Counted from the first letter of the stretch, positions 1-10,132 are shown. The stretch: DNA of 64,000 nucleotides from Candidatus Latescibacterota bacterium (GCA_963662665.2 CAXXJS010000061.1:205840-269839); one strand, 5' to 3'. The notes: generated by a model from the letters alone, not told the origin. Numbers and translations are program-made.

Positions 1-1
1 C

Positions 2-262
2 ATCCACACCCCCGACGGGGAGGCGGGGCTGAATTACCTGTGCAGGGGGTACAAGATGTTCTTCGGACACGTGGACCCCTACATGCGAATGATGTCGAAG
101 GAGCTTGCGGGCGGCCGGCCAGCTGCGAACGTGATGCACCGGGTTCGCGCCCGTGAAGAGCGGCAGGCGGCGGCGCGCGCCCGTCGCACGGGTCGGAACG
201 AGCCATGTCCATGCGGCAGCGGAAGGAAATTCAAGCGGTGTTGCGGCGCTGCCGCAAGCTGA
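2..262 (+). CDS. C-terminal part of an anaerobic sulfatase maturase-like radical SAM/SPASM protein with SEC-C motif (5' end outside window)
   Basis: Open frame from window edge reads [21 protein letters not shown] (typical anSME C-terminus), then the [22 protein letters not shown] zinc motif. Confidence 0.8.
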   Translation: MHTPDGEAGLNYLCRGYKMFFGHVDPYMRMMSKELAGGRPAANVMHRVRAREERQAAARARRTGRNEPCPCGSGRKFKRCCGAAAS

Positions 263-272
263 TAGTTTTGGC

Positions 273-301
273 TTGACTTTTGTTCTGTGCGGTGCGATCA
301 T
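273..301 (+). promoter_or_regulatory. putative sigma-70 promoter of the glx/sox operon
   Basis: TTGACT-17 bp-GATCAT with TGn extension, upstream of the ATG at 360. Confidence 0.35.
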
Positions 302-302
302 C

Positions 303-338
303 CGTACCCGTGTCTTTGATGTCGGGTGCGTTTTTTTT
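303..338 (+). terminator. intrinsic terminator-like hairpin
   Basis: CGTACCCG...CGGGTGCG stem followed by T8. Confidence 0.55.
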
Positions 339-359
339 GTGCTTTTCGGGAGCGAACAA

Positions 360-1265
360 ATGTGCGGAATTGTAGGGTTTTGGAACCGGCAGAAGGACAC
401 CAGCGGACTCGGGCGGACCGTATTGAAAATGCTGGACGCTCTGGATTGCCGCGGGCCGGATTCCGCCGGCGTGGCACTCTATGGCGAAGGACAAAACGGG
501 CGCCTGGTATTGCGTGTAAGTCTGGGCGACCGCGGCGACTACGAAGCAACGGCCCGGCAGGTCGTCGCGAGGACCGAAGCATTCGGCGCCGTTTCCGATT
601 GGGCTCGAACAGAGGAATACCTGCGGCTTGTTGTCGCCTATGGAGGCGAAGCGGGGCAGCTCGAGCAGGCAATCGAAGCCGCGGGCGAGGGTGTGGAGGT
701 GGTGAGTATGGGGCGGCGGCTGGAAATCGTCAAGCAGGTGGGGTCCCCACGCAACCTGGACGGATCGTATCGGGTTTCCGGCTTCGAAGGGACGCACGGA
801 ATCGGCCATACCCGCCTTTCCACGGAGTCACGAATCGATCTGAGCCATTCCCAGCCGTTCTGGGCCCACGGACATCCGGACCTGGCAATTGTTCACAACG
901 GCCACATTACCAACTATCACAAGTTGCGGCGGATATACGAGCAGGATGGCGCGCGGTTCTATACGGAGAACGATTCCGAAATCATCGGGATGTACCTGCG
1001 CCGGCAACTGGCGGACGGCATGGATCTGGAAGAGGCCATGGCCGCCTCGCTTATTGAATTGGACGGCTCCTTCAGCTATCTGGTGGCCACGCCGGACGCC
1101 GTCGGCTTCGTTCGGGATCCCTATGCGTTTAAGCCGCTGCTTTTTGCGGAAACGGATGATTTTGCGGCTGTTGCAACGGAAGAAATCGCGTTCCGTTCGG
1201 CCCTTTGTGGAGACTACGACGTGGTTGAGGCGCGGGCAAAGGACATGCGACTATGGCGCAACTGA
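360..1265 (+). CDS. glxB: class II glutamine amidotransferase, N-methylglutamate synthase subunit A-like (copy 1)
   Basis: Starts MCGIVG (Ntn nucleophile Cys); RGPDS, GHTRLSTES, HNGHITNY and NDSE motifs; overlaps the next gene. Confidence 0.85.
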   Translation: MCGIVGFWNRQKDTSGLGRTVLKMLDALDCRGPDSAGVALYGEGQNGRLVLRVSLGDRGDYEATARQVVARTEAFGAVSDWARTEEYLRLVVAYGGEAGQLEQAIEAAGEGVEVVSMGRRLEIVKQVGSPRNLDGSYRVSGFEGTHGIGHTRLSTESRIDLSHSQPFWAHGHPDLAIVHNGHITNYHKLRRIYEQDGARFYTENDSEIIGMYLRRQLADGMDLEEAMAASLIELDGSFSYLVATPDAVGFVRDPYAFKPLLFAETDDFAAVATEEIAFRSALCGDYDVVEARAKDMRLWRN

Positions 1266-1948
1266 CCTGCAACGGAAAGTCGACCCGGGAGATTAACAGA
1301 GAAATCAGGGCGTTCGTTGCAGCGGGTGAAGGAGACGTGCGTGTTCTGGATCCGGGTGCGCGCCACAATCTCGGGGTGGCCCTCCTGGATCCTGTGCACC
1401 TCACACTGGATGGCAGCGTGGGATACTACTGCGCCGGAATGATCGACGGGGCAACCGTGGAAGTAAAGGGCAGCGCGGGTTGGGGGCTGGCGGAATCGAT
1501 GATGAGCGGGACGGTGATTGTGCACGGCAACGCCGGCAACGGCACTGCGGCGTCTATTCGCGGTGGAACCGTGGTGGTGCGGGGTCATGCCTCTTCCCGG
1601 CTGGGTGTGGCCATGAAGGGCGGGTTGATTGTCGTCGGCGGAGACTGCGGCTATATGGCCGGTTTTATGGGACAGAGGGGGCGTATCATTGTCTGCGGCG
1701 ATACGGGAGAAGCGTTTGCCGACTCGATGTACGAGACTGAATGTTTCGTGGGTGGAGAGATCGCGGAACTCGGCAACGATGCGGTGGTCGAGACGCCCAG
1801 CGAGAGCGAATTCGGGTTTCTGAGAACCGCCATAGCGGACCACCTGGGCAGGCGCCGGGATCCGGCGGGATTCAGGAAAGTGGTTGCGGGTCGCAAACTC
1901 TGGAATTTCGACAAAGACGAACGTGCGGTGTGGCGGGAAGCGCTGTAA
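1253..1948 (+). CDS. glxC: GXGXG-domain protein, N-methylglutamate synthase subunit B-like (copy 1)
   Basis: Repeated GXGXG beta-helix (GSVGYYCAGM, GSAGWGLAESMMSG); C-terminal RKLWNF. Confidence 0.85.
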   Translation: MAQLTCNGKSTREINREIRAFVAAGEGDVRVLDPGARHNLGVALLDPVHLTLDGSVGYYCAGMIDGATVEVKGSAGWGLAESMMSGTVIVHGNAGNGTAASIRGGTVVVRGHASSRLGVAMKGGLIVVGGDCGYMAGFMGQRGRIIVCGDTGEAFADSMYETECFVGGEIAELGNDAVVETPSESEFGFLRTAIADHLGRRRDPAGFRKVVAGRKLWNFDKDERAVWREAL

Positions 1949-2021
1949 CGCGAAGGATCCGGCGGTTCTTCAATGGGGTCGGGCCGCGTCGCAATCTGAA
2001 CTTATCCCGAACAGGGTGATT

Positions 2022-3368
2022 ATGGCCGAAGAACATAACGGAAGTTATCGCCCGGCGCAGGCCAGCGGTACGTTCACGCCGGCCGTCATCGAGGACATCC
2101 AGGTCAAGGCCGAATTGGGGCGGTACCGGATTCGGGGGTTCGGCACGTTGCGGGAACGGCGGTGGCCGACATTCGACGACCTGACCTTCATTCCCTGCAC
2201 GCTCACCCGTATTCCGCTGGAGGGATACCGCGAGCGCTGCTCGGCGCAAACGGTTCTTGGCGGCCGTTCTGCGGAAAAGCCCATCGTTCTGGATACGCCC
2301 ATTATGATAACCGGCATGAGTTGGGGCGCGCTGTCCTTCAACGCCAAGGCGGCGCTTGCCCGCGGCGCCAATATGGTCGGATCCTCGAATACGACCGGCG
2401 ACGGGGGGATGCTGAAAGCGGAACGAGAGGAAAGCAAGGTGCTGGTCTACGAGGTTCTGCCATCCCGGTACGGAATTGACGTTCACGATCTCCGGGTCGC
2501 CGACGGGATTGAACTGACCATCGGGCAGGGGGCGAAGCCCGGCACAGGCGGATTGCTGCTTGGGGCAAAGGTGCTCGGCGACGTGGCGTCACAGAGGGAC
2601 CTGCCCATCGGCGTGGATCAGCGGAGTCCGGCGCGGCACCCGGATTTCCTGGGTCCGGACGACATGATCATCAAGATCGAGGAGTTGCGCGAGGCCACGG
2701 ACTGGCAGGTTCCCATATTCGTCAAGATGGGCGCCACGCGGGTCTTCGACGATGTACGCCTGGCGGCAAAGGCAGGGGCAGACGTGGTTGTCGTGGACGG
2801 CATGGAGGGCGGCACCGGTGCGTCGGCGGAAATCTGCCAGGAGCATACGGGTGTACCCACGCTGGCGGCTGTGTGCGAGGCGCGGGCTGCCCTCGAAAAC
2901 ATTGGCATGTACGGGCAGGTGCAGTTGATCATCGCGGGGGGCATCCGGAACGGCGTGGACGCGGCCAAGGCCATGGCGCTGGGCGCCGATGCAGTTTACA
3001 TCGGCACGGCGGCGCTGATGGCATTGAACTGTAACAGGCCCATTTTTGTGGAGGACTACAAGGCGCTGGGCGCGGAGCCGTATCACTGCCATCACTGCCA
3101 TACCGGTCGCTGTCCGGTAGGTATTACCACACAGGACCCCGATCTGATGGCGCGCCTCCACGTGGACGAAGCGGCAGAGCGGGTGGCCAACCTGCTCCAG
3201 GCAATGACGTCCGAAATACAGATTCTGGCGCGTGCATGCGGCAAGGCCGACGTGCACGATCTGGAGCCGGAAGATATGCGCGCATTGACCTCCGAGGCGT
3301 CCATGATCTGCAATCTTCCCCTCGTCGGCACGAACCGTATCGTGGGGGGTGGGCCCGGCTGGCAGTGA
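2022..3368 (+). CDS. glxD: FMN-binding glutamate synthase family protein, N-methylglutamate synthase subunit C-like
   Basis: PLEGYRE, GMSWGALS, GQGAKPGTGG, DGMEGGTGA motifs and the CHHCHTGRCPVGI Fe-S motif; start placed at ATG 2022. Confidence 0.88.
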   Translation: MAEEHNGSYRPAQASGTFTPAVIEDIQVKAELGRYRIRGFGTLRERRWPTFDDLTFIPCTLTRIPLEGYRERCSAQTVLGGRSAEKPIVLDTPIMITGMSWGALSFNAKAALARGANMVGSSNTTGDGGMLKAEREESKVLVYEVLPSRYGIDVHDLRVADGIELTIGQGAKPGTGGLLLGAKVLGDVASQRDLPIGVDQRSPARHPDFLGPDDMIIKIEELREATDWQVPIFVKMGATRVFDDVRLAAKAGADVVVVDGMEGGTGASAEICQEHTGVPTLAAVCEARAALENIGMYGQVQLIIAGGIRNGVDAAKAMALGADAVYIGTAALMALNCNRPIFVEDYKALGAEPYHCHHCHTGRCPVGITTQDPDLMARLHVDEAAERVANLLQAMTSEIQILARACGKADVHDLEPEDMRALTSEASMICNLPLVGTNRIVGGGPGWQ

Positions 3369-3413
3369 ACAGCCCGACGCACCCTGCTGAGTACAGCATC
3401 TGAGGACAATGTC

Positions 3414-4652
3414 GTGTCGTTCAAGCTGATCCGACAGGCGCTTAATGGAAACGGGCTATTGCCAAGGATGTGGCGGTCCCATCCGGTCAGGGACCGTTAC
3501 GACGTGGTGATTGTCGGAGGAGGAGCGCACGGACTGGCCTGCGCTTACTATCTGGCGGCCGAGCACGGCATCACGGACGTGGCGGTAATTGAAAGAGGAT
3601 ATATCGGTTCCGGCGGGAGCGGCCGGAATACGGCCATTATCCGAAGCAACTATCTCACGCCCGAAGGGGTGCGATTCTACGACGAAAGCGTGCGGCTGTA
3701 CGAGCAGATGGCGACCGAACTGGATTTCAACGTCATGTTCAGCCAGCGCGGGCACCTGACGCTGGCCCATACCGACGGGGCGGTTCGCACGATGCGCCGG
3801 CGGGCGGAGGTGAACAGGCTTCAGGGTGTGGATTCGGAGCTTATCCCGCCCCGCGAAATCGAAAGGCTCTGCCCGGGCATCGACGTCAGCGACCATCCCC
3901 GCTATCCTATCATGGCGGCGCTCTACCATCCGCCCGGAGGAATCGTCCGTCACGACGCGGTTGTATGGGGGTACGCGCATCAGGCCGATCGGAGGGGCGT
4001 GCATATCCACCAGCAAACCGCGGTGACCGGGATAGACGTGCAGAGTGGCAGCGTTGCGGGCGTGAAGACAACCGGGGGATACATCAGGACCGGAACGGTG
4101 TTGAACGCGACGGCCGGGTGGGGTTCCACCATCGCCGACATGGCGGGCGTACGCCTGCCCCTCACCACCTTTCCGTTGCAGGCCTGCGTCACGGAGCCCC
4201 TGAAGCCGTTTCTGGACGTCGTCATCGTATCGGGAAGCCTGCACGTGTACGTGAGCCAGTCGGACCGCGGCGAGCTGGTAATGGGCGCGAGCGTGGATCC
4301 GTATACGTCCTATTCAATGGATTCTTCGCTGTCGTTCATGGAGGGTATCGCCGGGCACATGCTGGAGCTGTTCCCGTTTTTAAGCAAGGTCCGCGTGTTG
4401 CGGCAGTGGGCGGGGCTTTGCGATATGACGCCCGATTACAGTCCCATTATGGGCTTTACGCCGGTGCGTGGATTCCTGGTGGACGTGGGTTGGGGCACGT
4501 ACGGCTTCAAGGCGTCCCCCATCTGCGGCCGGACCTTGGCGGAGTTGATCGCCAGTCAAGGCACGCCGGATCTGATTTATCCCTTCCGCTTGTCCAGGTT
4601 CGGGGAATTCGATCTGGTCGGTGAAAAGGGCGCGGCGTCTGTGGGACACTAG
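3414..4652 (+). CDS. soxB: heterotetrameric sarcosine oxidase / N-methylglutamate dehydrogenase beta subunit (FAD)
   Basis: GGGAHG Rossmann motif, GRNTAIIRSNY, RHDAVVWGYA, WGTYGFKA; first gene of the B-D-A-G order. Confidence 0.9.
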   Translation: MSFKLIRQALNGNGLLPRMWRSHPVRDRYDVVIVGGGAHGLACAYYLAAEHGITDVAVIERGYIGSGGSGRNTAIIRSNYLTPEGVRFYDESVRLYEQMATELDFNVMFSQRGHLTLAHTDGAVRTMRRRAEVNRLQGVDSELIPPREIERLCPGIDVSDHPRYPIMAALYHPPGGIVRHDAVVWGYAHQADRRGVHIHQQTAVTGIDVQSGSVAGVKTTGGYIRTGTVLNATAGWGSTIADMAGVRLPLTTFPLQACVTEPLKPFLDVVIVSGSLHVYVSQSDRGELVMGASVDPYTSYSMDSSLSFMEGIAGHMLELFPFLSKVRVLRQWAGLCDMTPDYSPIMGFTPVRGFLVDVGWGTYGFKASPICGRTLAELIASQGTPDLIYPFRLSRFGEFDLVGEKGAASVGH

Positions 4653-4728
4653 CGGTGGAATCGCGAGGCGGATTGACTCTTACAGTGATTAAGAACGCGG
4701 GTGCGCGAGGCCGGACTCTGAGCGTCTT

Positions 4729-5016
4729 ATGTTGATACTTCCCTGTCCGAATTGTGGCGACCGGAACGTGAGCGAGTTTCGTTTCGGGGGTGAATACAAT
4801 CCCCGACCCTCGGATCCTGGCGCGTGCGACGACGCGGAACTGGCCGCGTATCTTTATATGAACGATAACAAGCTGGGCGTCGAGAAGGCGTGGTGGTATC
4901 ACCAGGCGGGATGCGGTCTATGGTTCCTCGTGGAGCGGCATACAAAAACGCAACACGTGCTAAAATCGTACGTCTGGCAGGCGGACGCGGCAGGGGAGAG
5001 CGCCGATGGCGATTGA
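4729..5016 (+). CDS. soxD: sarcosine oxidase delta subunit
   Basis: CPNCGDR...EF.FGGE...WYHQAGC zinc-binding pattern, 95 aa. Confidence 0.9.
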   Translation: MLILPCPNCGDRNVSEFRFGGEYNPRPSDPGACDDAELAAYLYMNDNKLGVEKAWWYHQAGCGLWFLVERHTKTQHVLKSYVWQADAAGESADGD

Positions 5017-7930
5017 GTCGATGACCCGGGCCGTCCCCGGTACGGGCCCGGACAGGCTTCCGCCGCAGTGTGGCGAGGTGATCGATCGGGGCACCCCGGT
5101 TGCGTTTTCCTTCGACGGACAGGCTTATACGGGATACACTGGCGATACCATCGCATCGGCCCTGCGGGCCGCCGGTGTCCGGGTTTTGAGCCGTTCGTTC
5201 AAATATCACCGGCCCCGCGGTTTGTTATGCTGCGCCGGTCAATGTCCGAACTGCCTGGTCCAGATTGGAGACGAGCCGAACGTCCGCGCTTGCACGCGCC
5301 ACGTGGAGGCGGGTATGGCCGTTCGTTCGCAGAACGCGCAGCCTTCGCTGGATCGGGACCTTCTTTCGCTTACCCGGCTGGCAGCGCCGTTGATGCCCGT
5401 CGGTTTCTATTACAAGACGTTTATCCGTCCCGCCGTGTTGTGGCCATCTTACGAACGCGTGCTTCGTCGTGCGGCCGGGTTGGGAACAGTGGACCTCGCG
5501 TCGCGTCCGGACGGCTACGACAAGGAGTATCTGCATGCCAGCGTGGTGGTGGTGGGAGGCGGACCGTCGGGGATGGCTGCGGCCGTTGCCGCAGCCGAAG
5601 AGGGCGCGCGCGTCGCCCTCTTCGAAGTTGAACCGTTTCTGGGTGGACGCCTGCGCTTCTCCCCTTCCCAGGCCGGCTGTCTGGAGGAGTTGCGGGCTTC
5701 GGTGGCGAACCGCCCGGATATTGCTGTCTATACGGATACGGCCGTTGTGGGCTGGTACCAGGATAACTGGCTGGCCGCGGTGAAGGGTTCGCGGTTGTTC
5801 AAAATACGGGCGGAATCCGTGGTTGTCGCAACCGGCGCGATCGAAATGCCGTTGTTGTTCGACAACAACGACCTGCCGGGGGTGATGTTGGGCGGCGCCT
5901 CACAGCGTCTGATCCATCTTTACGGCGTGAAGCCGGGCGAAAGGGCGCTGGTGGTAACCGCGAATGACGACGGATGGGACGTGGCTGCAGACCTGGTCGA
6001 GGCGGGAATTGAGATCTCCGCAGTTGTGGACGAACGGTTCACGTGTTCAAGTTCGGTCGCCGACGAATTGATTTCCCGTGGCGTGCCCGCGTTTTTCCGA
6101 CATACGATTCTGGAAGCCGTCGGGTCAAAGCGAGTTCGAGCCGCCAGGGTCGCCCGGATCGATCCGCTGGGAGAGGCGGATCGGTCCGCGGCGCGAAACC
6201 TTGAATGCGATCTGATTGTTGTGAGCGTGGGCTGGACGCCGGATCTGGCGCTGTTTTACATGGCAGGCGGCGCTTCGGAATACGACGAACAGCGGTCGGA
6301 ACCGCACCCGACAGACGCGCCGAGGGGGATGTTCGCAGCGGGGCGCGCCGCGGGCGCCCACACGGCCGAATGTGCTCTCGATGAGGGGCGGATCGCGGGA
6401 AGGCGGGCCGCGGCCTCCTCGGGCTTCGGAGACGGACCCGATGGGTCTGACGTTTCCGATCTGCTCGCGAGGAAAGCCGATGAGCCGGTGCGGACGTCCG
6501 CCCGTACGTTGGTACCGGGCAAAAAGAAGAGGTTTCTGTGTTATTGCGAAGACGTCACCGACGTGGATCTGCAGACGGCAATTGTTGAGGGATACGACAG
6601 CCTTGAACTGCTGAAGCGGTACAGCACGATATCCATGGGCCCCTGCCAGGGCAGGATGTGCTCCATGAATACGGTACATCTTTGCGCCCGGGCGAACGGA
6701 AAACAGGTGCAGGAAACGGGGAAAACGACGTCTCGCCCTCCAGTAACGCCCGTCACGCTGGGTGCGTTGGCCGGGCAGAATATGGAACCCGTGCAGGTGT
6801 CTCCCGCGCATCAGTGGCACCTGGACCAGGGAGCCAGAATGATGGTGGCGGGCCTCTGGCTGCGACCGGAAGACTATGGCGACGCCACGGCAGAGGTAAA
6901 GGCCGTGCGCGAGCGTGTCGGGCTGATGGACGTCAGTACGCTGGGCAAGATCCAGCTGACGGGGCCCGGCGTACCCGAATTGCTCGAAAGGCTGTACGTG
7001 AACCAGTGGCGGAAGCTGGGTGTGGGCCGCGTCCGGTACGGCGTAATGTGCAACGACGAAGGCGTGGTGATGGACGACGGGGTGTGTGCCCGCATTCAGG
7101 AAAACGAATGGTATATGTGCACCACGTCCACGGGCGCGACGGCGGTGTTCGAATGGATTCAGTGGTGGGCGCAGTCCGGCTGGGGAAACGGGGTACACGT
7201 TGTCAACCTCACCGATTCCTACGCGGCGTTCAATCTGGCGGGACCCCGGTCGAGGGAGGTGCTGCAGCGTCTCACGGACAGGGACCTGGGCAGCCGGAAG
7301 TTCCCCTATATGCGGGTGCGGTCAACCCGCGTGGCCGGGGTGCTGTGCCGGGTCTTGCGCATCGGGTTTACGGGGGAACTCTCGTACGAAATTCACTGTC
7401 CTGCGTCGTTCGGTATGCATGTCTGGGAAGCGCTGATGGCGGCCGGGGAGGAAGCCGGCATCGTCCCGTTCGGCGTGGAGGCCCAGCGCGTACTTCGCCT
7501 GGAGAAGGCGCATATCATCGTGGGTCAGGACACCGACGCGTTGTCCGATCCCTTTTCGGCAAATATGGAATGGGCAGTGAAGATGAAAAAGCGGGATTTT
7601 CTGGGCAAGCCCATGTTAACCAGGATTTCGGAACGCGGAATCGGGCAGCGGCTGGTGGGGTTCAGGATGGCGCGACGGGGCGTTGTGCCCGAGGAGGGTC
7701 TGCAGGCGGTGCGTCCGGATGCGAACGGCAGGCAGGAGATCATCGGCTGGTTGACGTCCTGCCGTTTCAGTCCGGGGCTGAACGAGACCATCGGACTGTG
7801 CTGGCTGCCCGCGGACGTCGCCGCGGAAGCCGGAACCCCGTTTCGGATACGCAGAGACGGCGAACTCGAAGACGCCTATGTCCACCACGGGCCCTTCTAC
7901 GATCCCGATGGAGAAAGGTTGCAGATGTGA
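5006..7930 (+). CDS. soxA: sarcosine oxidase alpha subunit family (2Fe-2S, NAD/FAD-binding and GcvT domains)
   Basis: GDTIASAL, SRSFKYHRPRG, GGGPSG, DVSTLGK, GFTGELSYE, LRLEKAHIIVGQDTD. Confidence 0.9.
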   Translation: MAIESMTRAVPGTGPDRLPPQCGEVIDRGTPVAFSFDGQAYTGYTGDTIASALRAAGVRVLSRSFKYHRPRGLLCCAGQCPNCLVQIGDEPNVRACTRHVEAGMAVRSQNAQPSLDRDLLSLTRLAAPLMPVGFYYKTFIRPAVLWPSYERVLRRAAGLGTVDLASRPDGYDKEYLHASVVVVGGGPSGMAAAVAAAEEGARVALFEVEPFLGGRLRFSPSQAGCLEELRASVANRPDIAVYTDTAVVGWYQDNWLAAVKGSRLFKIRAESVVVATGAIEMPLLFDNNDLPGVMLGGASQRLIHLYGVKPGERALVVTANDDGWDVAADLVEAGIEISAVVDERFTCSSSVADELISRGVPAFFRHTILEAVGSKRVRAARVARIDPLGEADRSAARNLECDLIVVSVGWTPDLALFYMAGGASEYDEQRSEPHPTDAPRGMFAAGRAAGAHTAECALDEGRIAGRRAAASSGFGDGPDGSDVSDLLARKADEPVRTSARTLVPGKKKRFLCYCEDVTDVDLQTAIVEGYDSLELLKRYSTISMGPCQGRMCSMNTVHLCARANGKQVQETGKTTSRPPVTPVTLGALAGQNMEPVQVSPAHQWHLDQGARMMVAGLWLRPEDYGDATAEVKAVRERVGLMDVSTLGKIQLTGPGVPELLERLYVNQWRKLGVGRVRYGVMCNDEGVVMDDGVCARIQENEWYMCTTSTGATAVFEWIQWWAQSGWGNGVHVVNLTDSYAAFNLAGPRSREVLQRLTDRDLGSRKFPYMRVRSTRVAGVLCRVLRIGFTGELSYEIHCPASFGMHVWEALMAAGEEAGIVPFGVEAQRVLRLEKAHIIVGQDTDALSDPFSANMEWAVKMKKRDFLGKPMLTRISERGIGQRLVGFRMARRGVVPEEGLQAVRPDANGRQEIIGWLTSCRFSPGLNETIGLCWLPADVAAEAGTPFRIRRDGELEDAYVHHGPFYDPDGERLQM

Positions 7931-8634
7931 GTACGTCGGCCTCACCCGTGAAATTGTCGCCGCTTCATGAAACGGCGCGGAATCTCGGGGCGCGTTTCGA
8001 GAAAACTTCCGGTTGGCAGGTTCCGGATGTTTATTCAACGCTGGAAGCGGAAACAGCCGCCGCGGTAAGGGGCGTGGCGCTGGCCGACGAGACGGCAAAC
8101 GGGAAGCTTTTGGTTGAAGGTGCGGAAGCGAAAACTGTATGGGGATCGCCGGACGTGGAAATCGGGCGCGGGTTGGCGGCCGACTCCCACCGCGCGTATC
8201 GGCTCAGGGACGACTGTTTTTTCGTAAGCACCCCACCTGGCGGGGATATCCCTGTCCGCAGGACACTGATGGAGCGGGCGTCCGCCAGGTTCGTTTCGGT
8301 GACGAATCTTACGCATGCCCGGTCTGAGATCCGGGTAATGGGGACGTCCGCTTCGACGCTGATGAGCCGGGTTTGCGGGCTGGACTTCACGGGTGGCGCG
8401 TTTCCGGACGGCGCGGCGAAGCAGACCAGCGTCGCAAGGACCACGCAACTGGTCATTCGCCGCGATATTGACGACTTGCCGGCCTATTCGGTCCTCGGGG
8501 CGAGGTCGCTGGCAGCATATCTCTGGGACATTCTCATGGAGGCCGGGGCCGATTTACAGATCGCGCCGGTCGGCAGGGGCGCCGTCCGTGCCCTGGAGTC
8601 TCAGGATACCGGCAGTCAGATAACGCTTTTTTAG
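7927..8634 (+). CDS. soxG: sarcosine oxidase gamma subunit / GcvT-fold protein
   Basis: GTG start overlapping the soxA stop; F.DGAAKQTSVA...RSLAAYLWDILMEAG pattern. Confidence 0.75.
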   Translation: MSTSASPVKLSPLHETARNLGARFEKTSGWQVPDVYSTLEAETAAAVRGVALADETANGKLLVEGAEAKTVWGSPDVEIGRGLAADSHRAYRLRDDCFFVSTPPGGDIPVRRTLMERASARFVSVTNLTHARSEIRVMGTSASTLMSRVCGLDFTGGAFPDGAAKQTSVARTTQLVIRRDIDDLPAYSVLGARSLAAYLWDILMEAGADLQIAPVGRGAVRALESQDTGSQITLF

Positions 8635-8650
8635 AGAGGAAGGTTCGTCT

Positions 8651-10132
8651 ATGTCGAATCAGGCCGCAGCGGATCTGGAGGCATTTGTACGGGCCGACGG
8701 TCGAGACGAGCGGGTGAAAAAAGTGCGTGAACAGATCGACGCGCTGGGTATTACCTACATCTATTACCAGTTTATTTCCGTGACCGGGCGGGTGGTGGGC
8801 AAGGGTATTCCTGCGGACCACTGGGAACGGATCGCGGACCGCGGATTCCAGCTGGTATACGGGGCAACCGCCAACCTGTTCATGGACCGGTACGACAACT
8901 ATATAGGATACGGCCCGGAGGCTTCGGAACTGGTGGGTATTCCGGATCCCGAGACGTTCGTACAATTGGCGTGGGACAAACGGCTGGCGCGGGTCTTCTG
9001 CACGCTGTTCCGGAACAGGGACGAACCGGAAAATCCAGGCAGTTTCCTAACGTCGGACTGCAGGGGCAATCTGCGGCGCATCCACGCGCAATTCATGCAG
9101 GACCACGACGGGCTGCATATGCGCCACGGCGCCGAACCGGAGATGATGTGGCTGCAAAAGGGGCCCGACGGCAAACCCGCGGACGGTTTCAGCAAACCCT
9201 ACTGCTATCACATCGACCAGTTCGAGTCCCTGCGGCCGGTGGTGATGAAGGTGATCGAATACGGCCGGGCAATGGGGCTGGACATGATTCAGGGAGACCA
9301 CGAGGACGCGCCGGGTCAGTTGGAGTTGAACTTTACGTTCGACGACGCGCTCGCCACGTGCGACCGGCTGACGACGTACCGGCAGATTTGCGCCCAGGTG
9401 GGAAGGGAGCACGACCTCATCGCGTGTTTCATGTGCAAGCCATTCATGGGTGTCTCGGCATCGGGTTGCCACCACAATCTTTCGCTGTGGCGGGGGGGCG
9501 AGGACGTGCTGAAGTCACTTGGCAATCACACGTTGCCCGGTCTGGATGAAGTATTCACGTACCGGGAAGGCGGGCAGAATATGTTCGAGCCGCTTCCTGG
9601 CAAACGCGAACCCGCGCCCACCGGATTGCAGTGCATCGGCGGGGTCATCGAACATCTCCAGGCGCTGACCGCCATCGGGTGTTCCACCGTGAATTCCTAC
9701 CGGCGATTGTGGGAGACGGGTTTCTGGGCGCCGGTTTATTCGGACTGGGGTTATCAGAACCGCACCTGTGGTCTGAGGGTATCCGGCCCGGGAAGGTTTG
9801 AATACCGGGCCGTCGACGCCATGGTGAACCCCTATCTGATGGCGGGTGCGCTGCTGAAGGCGTTTGACGACGGGATCCGGAGGGACCTGGACCCGGGCGA
9901 ACCCGAGCACCGCAATATCTACGAGGCGATCGAAGCGGGCAAAGAGGTAACCAAACTGCCAACCACGCTCGGTGACGCACTGGACAAGCTGGAACAGGAC
10001 GTGGTGATCCGGTCTTCGCTTCCCGGTGAGATGTACGACGTTTACATGCATTACAAGCGGGACGAGTGGGAGCGGTTTCTGGCGACGGTGACCGACTGGG
10101 ACCTGGAGACCTACTGGGATTGCCTTCCATAG
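8651..10132 (+). CDS. glutamine synthetase-like gamma-glutamyl-amine ligase (GmaS/GlnT-like)
   Basis: DHEDAPGQLELN, FMCKPF, SGCHHNLSL, WGYQNRT, RFEYRAVD GS motifs; embedded in the glx/sox operon. Confidence 0.82.
   Translation: MSNQAAADLEAFVRADGRDERVKKVREQIDALGITYIYYQFISVTGRVVGKGIPADHWERIADRGFQLVYGATANLFMDRYDNYIGYGPEASELVGIPDPETFVQLAWDKRLARVFCTLFRNRDEPENPGSFLTSDCRGNLRRIHAQFMQDHDGLHMRHGAEPEMMWLQKGPDGKPADGFSKPYCYHIDQFESLRPVVMKVIEYGRAMGLDMIQGDHEDAPGQLELNFTFDDALATCDRLTTYRQICAQVGREHDLIACFMCKPFMGVSASGCHHNLSLWRGGEDVLKSLGNHTLPGLDEVFTYREGGQNMFEPLPGKREPAPTGLQCIGGVIEHLQALTAIGCSTVNSYRRLWETGFWAPVYSDWGYQNRTCGLRVSGPGRFEYRAVDAMVNPYLMAGALLKAFDDGIRRDLDPGEPEHRNIYEAIEAGKEVTKLPTTLGDALDKLEQDVVIRSSLPGEMYDVYMHYKRDEWERFLATVTDWDLETYWDCLP

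Noticed and set aside
6658-7926. Long N-terminal extension of the 658-aa ORF ending at 8634
   Set aside because: Off-frame overlap with soxA; the real gene most likely starts at GTG 7927
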